DNA from: Synechococcus sp. A15-28
GTDB taxonomy: Bacteria > Cyanobacteriota > Cyanobacteriia > PCC-6307 > Cyanobiaceae
Reading direction: 5' to 3'
DNA: 32,000 bases
Assembly (NCBI RefSeq): GCF_014280175.1
Contig: NZ_CP047931.1
Coordinates: 1,410,001 to 1,442,000 of the forward strand
Below the pieces are notes generated by a model, which saw nothing but the letters and a program-made list of their open reading frames with translations, was not told the DNA's origin and searched no databases. The position numbers were made by a program, and so were the translations under genes. Of this stretch, positions 24,851 through 32,000 are shown piece after piece (positions within the stretch are counted from its first letter, which is position 1; each line of letters starts with the position of its first letter).

Positions 24851-26092
24851 TCAGGGCTGCCACCAACGACCACCGATCAACACCCGTCGCTGCGGAGGGC
24901 AGCGCAGTGCCTCCGACCAACTGTCCGCCTCCAGCACGATCAGGTCAGCTGGCGCACCGGAACCGATCCGTCCGTCCCAGTCCAGATCCATCACAGCGGC
25001 GGCGGTGGTGGTGAAGGGCGAAAGGCCCAGGCGTTGCCAGGGGGCCAACTGCGCCAGGGGGAGGCAACTGGCCATCAGAGCCAAGGGGTCGAAGTCTCCC
25101 GCTGGAAACCATGGGTCAGCGACGTTGTCGCCACCCACCGCCACCCGAACACCGGCCCTCTGCAGCTGCCGGATCGGAGCGAGCGGCCGGCGCAATGGGG
25201 TCGCCTGCGGCGACTGGCCCAGCAACCATCCATTGGTCAGCGGCAGCGCCACCACCTGCAACCGATGCGCCGCCATCCGGTCTGCCAGCCGTTGCAAACG
25301 CCTTGGTGACAACAACGCAAGGCTGCTGGCGTGGCTGCAGGTGATCGGCTGATGGCAGGGAACCTGCTCGAGCACCAGCAGCAGTTGCTGCAGCCCATCG
25401 GCAGCCCCATGGCTCGCTTCATCGATGTGCAGGTCGACACCACAGCCGAGCTCCTCCGCCAGCCGCAGCATCGCCCTCAGATCACGGCGAACGGATTCAC
25501 CCCGGCAGGGGGGCACCACAACACCCCCCAGCAATCCCCCACGGGCCGCGACCCGCTGGGCCAGCTGGGCTCCTGCAGAGGTGGCCCAGTGGGCGATCGG
25601 CAGCAAGGCCACCAGCTGCAGCTCGACCTGGCCATGCCACTGGCTCTTCAGCGCCTGCAGCGCCTCCCAGCTGGCGTCCGCGCCGGGGCCCAGGCTGTCG
25701 ATGTGGCTGCGCATGGCCCGCAGCCCGTTCTGACAGGCCCTGCTGATGGCCTTCTCACCCCTGGACAGCACCGACTCCTGATCACGGACGCGGTGCTCGT
25801 TCATGTTGGCCTCGAGGGCACCGTCGTAGGTGCCGCTGAGGTTGGGGTGGGCCGTCCAGGTGTAGGCCTTATCGAGGTGCACATGGGGGTCCACCAAGCG
25901 CGGCAACACCAGCGCGTTCAGACGATCAACAGGTCTGCTGAGCAGCTCGGGTTCCTGCAGGCGCCCATCAGACCAGGACAACCTGACGGGCGTCAGCCCC
26001 TCCGCAGTGACAGCGGGGATGGCCGATCCATGCCGGAGTTGAAGCAGGCTTCGCGGCAGCCATGCCTCGACAGAAGAGGACGCTCCGCTCAC
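24851..26092 (-). CDS. Metal-dependent amidohydrolase (cytosine deaminase-like)
   Basis: 413 aa with the HxH metal motif (LVDPHVHLDK) and downstream His/Asp ligand contexts (VDLHIDE, GGDNVADPW). GTG 26092 overlaps the upstream stop as GTGA. Confidence 0.7.
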   Translation of the reverse strand: MSGASSSVEAWLPRSLLQLRHGSAIPAVTAEGLTPVRLSWSDGRLQEPELLSRPVDRLNALVLPRLVDPHVHLDKAYTWTAHPNLSGTYDGALEANMNEHRVRDQESVLSRGEKAISRACQNGLRAMRSHIDSLGPGADASWEALQALKSQWHGQVELQLVALLPIAHWATSAGAQLAQRVAARGGLLGGVVVPPCRGESVRRDLRAMLRLAEELGCGVDLHIDEASHGAADGLQQLLLVLEQVPCHQPITCSHASSLALLSPRRLQRLADRMAAHRLQVVALPLTNGWLLGQSPQATPLRRPLAPIRQLQRAGVRVAVGGDNVADPWFPAGDFDPLALMASCLPLAQLAPWQRLGLSPFTTTAAAVMDLDWDGRIGSGAPADLIVLEADSWSEALRCPPQRRVLIGGRWWQP

Positions 26093-26520
26093 TCGAGACT
26101 GCCGGCGTCGGTCTTGGTGTGCAGCAGCACAAACTGCCCGGCAACACCGAGGGTCACCACCTCAACCTCCGGCAAGGTCAACCCTGGGAGTAACGGCTGC
26201 CCTCCGATCGAGGTGGAGTACAAGCTGGCCACACCGAGATTGCGGCGTGATGTGAAACGAACAGCCAAAGCCGCGAGAGCCGCCTCCTGAGATGCCACCA
26301 ATCCGGGACAGTCACGGATCCACAGCTGCAGCACCATCGGAAGACCGTCGCCCTGGCACAACTCCGTGGACAGAAACGCGACCAACTGTTTGCCGGCGTG
26401 CAGCTCGTAATCATCCACGGAGGGGTTGGTCACCACCAGACCCAAAGCAGCTCCAACCGTGGTGACAACCGCCAGTGCCGCCGCCATGGGAACTTGTCGC
26501 TGAAAGACGGAGCGCGGCAA
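26089..26520 (-). CDS. Conserved cyanobacterial membrane-anchored protein (DUF4359-like)
   Basis: It has an N-terminal TM segment (MAAALAVVTTVGAALGLVV) followed by TNPSVDDYELHAGKQLVAFLSTELC. The start is TTG 26520 or ATG 26487. Confidence 0.5.
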   Translation of the reverse strand: MPRSVFQRQVPMAAALAVVTTVGAALGLVVTNPSVDDYELHAGKQLVAFLSTELCQGDGLPMVLQLWIRDCPGLVASQEAALAALAVRFTSRRNLGVASLYSTSIGGQPLLPGLTLPEVEVVTLGVAGQFVLLHTKTDAGSLE

Positions 26521-26561
26521 CCGGTCAACTGGGACACGAATTGGTAGATTCTCCCTGACGC

Positions 26562-26635
26562 GGCGGGCGTCGCCAAGTGGTTAAGGCAGCGGCTTGTGGC
26601 GCCGCTATTCGGGGGTTCGAATCCCCTCGCTCGCC
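26562..26635 (+). tRNA. tRNA-His (anticodon GUG) with encoded G-1
   Basis: Acceptor GCGGGCG/CGCTCGC (one G-U) plus an extra 5' G opposite C73. The anticodon stem is GCGGC/GCCGC with loop TTGTGGC, and the T-arm is GGGGG-TTCGAAT-CCCCT. Confidence 0.8.
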
Positions 26636-26694
26636 CTCACCCCCATGAAGAGCATCCGGTGGTGTAACACACTGGAATTGGCTCCGATTCGAAT

Positions 26695-28101
26695 TTGACC
26701 GCTACCGCTTCAACCTTTGTTCCCGCTGCAAACGCGCAGAGCCGCGGCAGCTACTGGATCACCACCTTCGGCTGCCAGATGAACAAGGCTGATTCCGAAC
26801 GGATGGCCGGCATCCTCGAGGCCATGGGGTACCGCGCTGCCGACGCCGAACTGGAGGCGGATCTGGTCCTTTACAACACCTGCACGATCCGCGACAACGC
26901 CGAGCAGAAGGTCTACAGCTATCTCGGGCGACAGGCTCAGCGCAAACGGCTTGATCCCAATCTCACTCTGGTGGTGGCGGGCTGCGTCGCCCAGCAGGAA
27001 GGGGAATCACTGCTGCGGCGCGTGCCCGAACTCGACCTGGTGATGGGCCCGCAACATGCCAATCGGCTTGAAGTGCTGCTCAATCAGGTGGACAGCGGCC
27101 AACAGGTGGTGGCCACGGAAGACCATCACATTCTTGAAGACATCACCACCGCGCGTCGGGACAGCAGCATCTGCGGTTGGGTCAATGTGATCTATGGCTG
27201 CAATGAGCGCTGCACCTACTGCGTGGTGCCCTCCGTGCGGGGCAAGGAGCAATCAAGGCTCCCAGCGTCCATCCGCCTGGAAATGGAAGGACTGGCCGCC
27301 CAGGGGTACAAGGAAATCACCCTGTTGGGCCAGAATATCGATGCCTACGGGCGCGACCTCCCGGGGATCACACCGGAGGGGCGGCGGCAGCACACCCTGA
27401 CGGACCTCTTGCATCAGGTCCATGACGTGGAGGGAATCGAGCGCATCCGCTTTGCCACAAGCCATCCGCGTTACTTCACCGAGCGGTTGATCGATGCCTG
27501 TGCAGATCTTCCCAAGCTCTGCGAACACTTTCATATCCCCTTCCAGAGCGGCGACAACGACCTCCTGCGAGCCATGGCCCGCGGTTACACCGTGGAGCGG
27601 TACCGCCGGATCATCGATCGCATCCGCGAGCGCATGCCCGATGCCTCCTTGAGCGCCGACGTGATCGTGGCCTTCCCTGGCGAAACCGAAGCCCAGTACC
27701 AGCGCACCCTTGATCTGATCGAAGAGATCGGCTTCGACCAGGTGAACACCGCGGCCTATTCGCCGCGGCCCAACACCCCCGCTGCCACGTGGGACAACCA
27801 ATTGCCGGAGGAGGTCAAGGTGACGCGACTCCAGCAGATCAATGCCTTGGTGGAGCGCTGCGCCCGCGAGCGGAATGCGCGATACGCCGGCCGCAGTGAG
27901 GACGTTCTGGCGGAGGGCATCAACCCCAAGGATCCCAGTCAGCTGATGGGACGCACCCGCACCAACCGACTGACCTTTTTCCAGGCAACCGGCCCCGATG
28001 GCCATCAATACCGTCCCGGCGATCTCGTGAACGTCCATATCGACGCGGTCCGCTCCTTTTCATTGAGCGGAACCCCCCTGCCCCGCACCGGAGAGCGCTG
28101 A
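26695..28101 (+). CDS. miaB: tRNA-i6A37 methylthiotransferase
   Basis: It has an N-terminal UPF0004 domain (TFGCQMN), the radical-SAM motif [11 protein letters not shown], and a C-terminal TRAM domain. The start is TTG 26695. Confidence 0.9.
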   Translation: MTATASTFVPAANAQSRGSYWITTFGCQMNKADSERMAGILEAMGYRAADAELEADLVLYNTCTIRDNAEQKVYSYLGRQAQRKRLDPNLTLVVAGCVAQQEGESLLRRVPELDLVMGPQHANRLEVLLNQVDSGQQVVATEDHHILEDITTARRDSSICGWVNVIYGCNERCTYCVVPSVRGKEQSRLPASIRLEMEGLAAQGYKEITLLGQNIDAYGRDLPGITPEGRRQHTLTDLLHQVHDVEGIERIRFATSHPRYFTERLIDACADLPKLCEHFHIPFQSGDNDLLRAMARGYTVERYRRIIDRIRERMPDASLSADVIVAFPGETEAQYQRTLDLIEEIGFDQVNTAAYSPRPNTPAATWDNQLPEEVKVTRLQQINALVERCARERNARYAGRSEDVLAEGINPKDPSQLMGRTRTNRLTFFQATGPDGHQYRPGDLVNVHIDAVRSFSLSGTPLPRTGER

Positions 28102-28137
28102 TACCTTTGGCGCCTCGGCGCGGGGTTGTTGAAAGCG

Positions 28138-29199
28138 ATGTCATCCAGCCCAACCACGGTCGGGGTTGTCTTCGGCGGCTGCTCCGGTGAACACGATGTC
28201 TCCATCCGCTCCGCACAAACGGTTGTTCATGGCCTGAACCTGGGCACGAACCGCCAGCGCTACCAGCTGGTGCTCATCTACATCGATCGCGACGGCCGTT
28301 GGTGGGGACCCGACATCGCCGCCAAGGTTCTGGACAGCGGCAGCCCTCCCTCCAGCGCGGACCTGCCGCAACCACTGCCAGGGCCAGGATTCCGCGGTCT
28401 GCCCGCTGGCGCCGACGCCGTGACCATCTGGTATCCGGTGCTGCATGGACCGAATGGGGAGGACGGCACGATTCAGGGGCTGTTCGAAATGATGCAGCAG
28501 CCCTACGTCGGAGCCGGCGTTCTCGGTTCCGCCGTCAGCATGGACAAACAGGCCATGAAAGCGGCCCTGGCCGGAGCAGGGCTGGCCCAGGTGCCCTACG
28601 TCTGCGCGCAGGCCGAAGACCTCAGCGTGGCGGGCCGCCGGGACGAGCTCCTGCAGAGGATCGAAGCCGACCTGGGCTACCCCTGCTTCGTCAAACCGGC
28701 CAATCTCGGTTCGTCGGTTGGCATCAGCAAAGCTCGGAACCGTGAGGAGCTGCTGCAGGGCCTGAGCCTGGCTGCAAGCCTCGATGCGCGCCTCTTGGTG
28801 GAACAGGGGGTGCAGGCCCGCGAACTGGAATGTGCCGTTCTCGGAGGACCAACCCTGCGGGCTTCCGTCGTCGGGGAAGTCCGTTTCGATGCGGACTGGT
28901 ACGACTACGACACCAAATACACCGAAGGACGCAGCACCACGCTGATTCCAGCCCCCTTGCCCGACGACATCGTGAAAACGATCCGGCGCCAGTCCATCCA
29001 GGCCTGCGCTGCCGTGGGCGTCACGGGGATGGCCAGGGTGGACTTTTTTTACGAGGAAAGCAGCGGCAGGGTCTGGCTTAACGAGATCAACACTCTTCCC
29101 GGTTTCACCAGTCAGAGCATGTACCCCATGCTCTGGGAAGCCTCTGGCGTAACACTCGAGCAGCTCGTGCACGAACTGCTCGAAAGCGCAGGACAATGA
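28138..29199 (+). CDS. ddl: D-alanine--D-alanine ligase
   Basis: The sequence contains [45 protein letters not shown] and [11 protein letters not shown]. Confidence 0.9.
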   Translation: MSSSPTTVGVVFGGCSGEHDVSIRSAQTVVHGLNLGTNRQRYQLVLIYIDRDGRWWGPDIAAKVLDSGSPPSSADLPQPLPGPGFRGLPAGADAVTIWYPVLHGPNGEDGTIQGLFEMMQQPYVGAGVLGSAVSMDKQAMKAALAGAGLAQVPYVCAQAEDLSVAGRRDELLQRIEADLGYPCFVKPANLGSSVGISKARNREELLQGLSLAASLDARLLVEQGVQARELECAVLGGPTLRASVVGEVRFDADWYDYDTKYTEGRSTTLIPAPLPDDIVKTIRRQSIQACAAVGVTGMARVDFFYEESSGRVWLNEINTLPGFTSQSMYPMLWEASGVTLEQLVHELLESAGQ

Positions 29200-29230
29200 G
29201 AGGACGAATCCTGCTGATCAGGAGTGAGCG

Positions 29231-29641
29231 ATGAGCCACGGTCTGCTCTGGTTTCCGTTGTTGCTGGCCTTTGTGCTGTTGGCAGCACTGGGCTGGCTGG
29301 AACGCCGTCGCCAAACCCTGTTCCGCACCTGGGCCGAAGGAGCGGAATTGGTCAAGTTGGATGGCTGCGGTGGAGCTCAGCTCAAAGATGGTCGCCTGGT
29401 GTGGTGTCGCTTCGAGGCAGGCCGGTTCCAGGATCAGGGCGACTTTGACATCTGCCGACTGGAGCTGGTGGAACTGATGGCGCTGGCCTCCGGCGACGCT
29501 CCACTGACGGTGGAATCGCAGGGTCCCTGCCGACTGCGACTGGTGGGAACGGATCTGCAAATGGACGTTCCCTTCTCCGATGCCGATCAAGCGCGTCGCT
29601 GGGGTGACCAACTGATGGCACGTGCCCGCTGCGATCTTTGA
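29231..29641 (+). CDS. Conserved hypothetical membrane-anchored protein, 136 aa
   Basis: It has an N-terminal TM segment (LLWFPLLLAFVLLAALGWL), lies between ddl and ftsQ, and its stop overlaps the ftsQ start. Confidence 0.5.
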   Translation: MSHGLLWFPLLLAFVLLAALGWLERRRQTLFRTWAEGAELVKLDGCGGAQLKDGRLVWCRFEAGRFQDQGDFDICRLELVELMALASGDAPLTVESQGPCRLRLVGTDLQMDVPFSDADQARRWGDQLMARARCDL

Positions 29642-30444
29642 AGTCCATCTCCCCCCAGCTGGAACGGCGGCGGGCGCTGCGCCGCCAGAAACGCCAGCAA
29701 TTTCTGATTCACACCTGGCGCACCGTGGCTCTGCTGAGCCTGAGCACTGGTCTGGGCTGGTTGCTGCTGCGCTACGGCTGGTCGCTGCAGGGGCTTGATC
29801 AGGTCATGGTCCGCGGGACAACGGCCATCAGACCGGAACTGGTGTCCGAGGTCAGCCAGCTCCGTTTTCCGCAACCGCTTCTGGAGCTCAATCCCACCAC
29901 GCTGGAGCGGACGTTGCGCAGCAACCTCCCTGTTCAATCGGTCCGAGTGAGCCGGCATCTGCTGCCGACGCGTTTGGACGTCGCTCTGGTGGATCAGACG
30001 CCGATGGCGCGGGCGGTGCGCCAGAAACCTGGAGGTCTTGAGGCGGGCTTTGTGGATGCGGAGGGGCAGTGGATTCAGATGAACCCTGCAGTCCCCACCG
30101 TCAACCCCAGCACATCGATCACGATCAAAGGTTGGACCGCGGAGCGCAGGACGCTGATTGCGTCCTTGCTGCAGCAGCTCAGCCGCCTCGAGGGCAAGCT
30201 GCAACGCATCACCCTGCACCCTGATGGCGCTGTCAGTCTTCGCCATCGCACCCTTGGACGGATTGACCTTGGCGATGACAACCAATTGTTGACCCAACAA
30301 ATGGACGCGATTGTTGAACTGAATCAATCCATACCACCGCATCTTTTGCAGGGGAATGGAGCGGTGATCGACCTGAGCAACCCGGAACGCCCGGAAATTC
30401 AATTGCCGGTGAAGCCCGCCGCCACGGCTAACGACGACGACTGA
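29638..30444 (+). CDS. ftsQ: Cell division protein FtsQ/DivIB-like
   Basis: It has a basic N-terminus, a single TM segment ([16 protein letters not shown]), and POTRA-like and FtsQ-like domains. It lies directly upstream of ftsZ. The start is TTG. Confidence 0.75.
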   Translation: MKSISPQLERRRALRRQKRQQFLIHTWRTVALLSLSTGLGWLLLRYGWSLQGLDQVMVRGTTAIRPELVSEVSQLRFPQPLLELNPTTLERTLRSNLPVQSVRVSRHLLPTRLDVALVDQTPMARAVRQKPGGLEAGFVDAEGQWIQMNPAVPTVNPSTSITIKGWTAERRTLIASLLQQLSRLEGKLQRITLHPDGAVSLRHRTLGRIDLGDDNQLLTQQMDAIVELNQSIPPHLLQGNGAVIDLSNPERPEIQLPVKPAATANDDD

Positions 30445-30502
30445 TAAGAGAGCAACAGCGTTTGCATCCGATCTGCAGACGGTTGAAGCCTTCAGGGACA
30501 TA

Positions 30503-31648
30503 ATGCAGCCAAACCACTGCAAATCGGCCTCGACGATGGAGATGGGGAGCAGAACATCGTTTGATGCCACGGGGATCCAGCCCAGCCAGAACGCCAAGAT
30601 TGAGGTGATCGGAGTTGGCGGGGGTGGCAGCAATGCCGTCAACCGGATGATCCTCAGCGATCTGGAGGGTGTTGCCTATCGCGTGCTCAACACCGATGCC
30701 CAGGCCCTGATTCAATCCCAGGCGCAGCATCGCCTCCAACTCGGACAAACCCTCACCCGGGGACTCGGGGCCGGTGGCAACCCAACCATCGGGCAGAAGG
30801 CAGCCGAAGAATCCCGCACAGACCTGCACGACTCCCTTCAGGGTTCCGATCTGGTCTTCATCGCCGCAGGCATGGGTGGTGGCACCGGAACCGGTGCAGC
30901 ACCGGTGGTCGCCGAAGTGGCCCGTGAGGTGGGCGCCCTCACCGTGGGAATCGTGACCAAGCCCTTCGGGTTCGAAGGGCGTCGCCGCATGCGCCAGGCG
31001 GACGAAGGCATCGCCCGCCTGGCAGAGCATGTGGACACACTGATCGTGATTCCCAACGATCGCCTGCGCGAAGCGATCGCCGGGGCCCCGCTTCAGGAGG
31101 CCTTCCGCAGTGCCGATGACGTGCTGCGGATGGGCGTGAAAGGCATCAGCGACATCATCACCTGCCCAGGATTGGTCAATGTCGACTTCGCCGACGTCCG
31201 CTCCGTGATGACGGAAGCGGGAACAGCACTGCTCGGCATCGGCATTGGATCCGGCCGTTCCAGGGCCGTTGAGGCGGCTCAGGCCGCCATCAGCAGTCCA
31301 CTGCTGGAAACCGAGCGCATCGACGGAGCCAAGGGCTGCGTGATCAACATCAGCGGCGGCCGTGATATGACCCTCGAGGATATGACCACAGCTTCTGAGG
31401 TGATCTACGACGTGGTGGATCCTGAGGCGAACATCATCGTCGGTGCCGTCGTCGATGAGGCGCTGGAAGGTGAAATTCACGTCACCGTGATCGCCACCGG
31501 TTTTGACCAGGGTCAGCAATACCGCTGTGAGCGCAGTGGTTCCACTGGTCTTGCAACCCAACCACTTCGCCGGGAGATGGAAGAGAACGGCGCCCGGATC
31601 CCTGAATTTCTTCGTCAGCGGCAGCAACAGAACACCGATCCGTCCTGA
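30503..31648 (+). CDS. ftsZ: Cell division GTPase FtsZ
   Basis: It has [14 protein letters not shown] and the tubulin signature [13 protein letters not shown], followed by NDRL. Confidence 0.95.
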   Translation: MQPNHCKSASTMEMGSRTSFDATGIQPSQNAKIEVIGVGGGGSNAVNRMILSDLEGVAYRVLNTDAQALIQSQAQHRLQLGQTLTRGLGAGGNPTIGQKAAEESRTDLHDSLQGSDLVFIAAGMGGGTGTGAAPVVAEVAREVGALTVGIVTKPFGFEGRRRMRQADEGIARLAEHVDTLIVIPNDRLREAIAGAPLQEAFRSADDVLRMGVKGISDIITCPGLVNVDFADVRSVMTEAGTALLGIGIGSGRSRAVEAAQAAISSPLLETERIDGAKGCVINISGGRDMTLEDMTTASEVIYDVVDPEANIIVGAVVDEALEGEIHVTVIATGFDQGQQYRCERSGSTGLATQPLRREMEENGARIPEFLRQRQQQNTDPS

Positions 31649-31792
31649 CGGAATTGGGTGACCCGGAATCCACGCCTGCTCTGAGCATCCCGTGTGGCTG
31701 CTCCCTTCCGGGCCTGACCAGATTTGGGTGTCCGAGCCGCATGGCCCGAGTCCCCTTGATGCTAGCAATGAGCGCTGAGGCCCTATGCGCCC

Positions 31793-32000
31793 GTGCGTCC
31801 AGCTGATCTGATCCGACAGAAGCAGAACGGTCGACCGATCACGATCCTCACGGCCTGGGACAGTATGTCTGCGGCGCTGGTGGAAGCCGCTGGCGCCGAT
31901 GCTGTTCTGGTGGGTGACTCCCTGGCGATGGTCGCCCTGGGCCATGCCACCACGCTGCCGGTGACGCTCGATCAGATGCGGCACCACACCCTTGCTGTGA
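31793..32000 (+). CDS. panB: 3-methyl-2-oxobutanoate hydroxymethyltransferase (3'-truncated by window edge)
   Basis: Hand translation from GTG 31793: [69 protein letters not shown]. It contains the typical PanB N-terminal LTA.D / LVGDSL.MV.GH blocks. It is not in the ORF track because it runs off the window. Confidence 0.75.
   Translation, partial: MRPADLIRQKQNGRPITILTAWDSMSAALVEAAGADAVLVGDSLAMVALGHATTLPVTLDQMRHHTLAV

Noticed and set aside
28141-30642. Two 351-aa - strand ORFs (28141-29196 and 29587-30642)
   Set aside because: They are antisense to ddl and ftsQ respectively. The sense-strand products carry the family motifs, and the antisense translations are Arg/Gly/Ala-rich with no motifs.
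30428-31987. 519-aa ORF on the - strand
   Set aside because: It is antisense to ftsZ (tubulin signature present on the + strand) and runs over the panB start. It has no recognisable motifs and is a GC-driven open frame.
1-32000. Search for CRISPR arrays, rRNA genes, IS/transposase genes and HIP1-type dispersed repeats
   Set aside because: I saw no regularly spaced direct repeats, no rRNA-like sequence and no transposase-like ORF. Only a single GCGATCGC occurrence was noticed (31071-31078, inside ftsZ).

Overview
This window looks like a high-GC chromosomal segment from a marine picocyanobacterium of the Synechococcus type. That assignment is an inference from gene content and order, not a database match. 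Most of it is conserved housekeeping genes: pdhA (5' partial), a group-2 sigma factor, mnmA, lnt, an FKBP isomerase, a nickel-SOD cluster (sodN, sodX and a His-rich putative Ni transporter), trpC, lpdA, a TrmH-family methyltransferase, murA, argD, folC, miaB, ddl, ftsQ, ftsZ and panB (3' partial). There are three tRNA genes: Leu-CAG, Leu-CAA and His-GUG. The interesting part is a block of about 7.5-8.1 kb between lnt and a phasin-like gene (roughly 4.7/5.2 kb to 12.7/12.8 kb). By eye it is more AT-rich than its flanks and its genes are phage- or plasmid-like. It encodes a large serine recombinase. That gene is translationally coupled to an HNH endonuclease gene carrying two in-frame stop codons. 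It also encodes a solitary HK97-type major capsid protein, an AlpA/excisionase-like HTH protein, and a Toprim(DUF3854-like)+RecA-like replication protein that is followed directly by iteron-like repeats. Several small ribbon-helix-helix and orphan ORFs complete it, two of them too short for the ORF track. There is no portal, terminase, protease, tail or lysis gene. I read it as an integrated phage-satellite-like element (PICI/cf-PICI/P4 logic) whose gene combination matches no satellite family I know. Its exact ends cannot be set from this sequence alone. No CRISPR array, rRNA or transposase was seen. The many long ORFs antisense to real genes are GC-driven artefacts.
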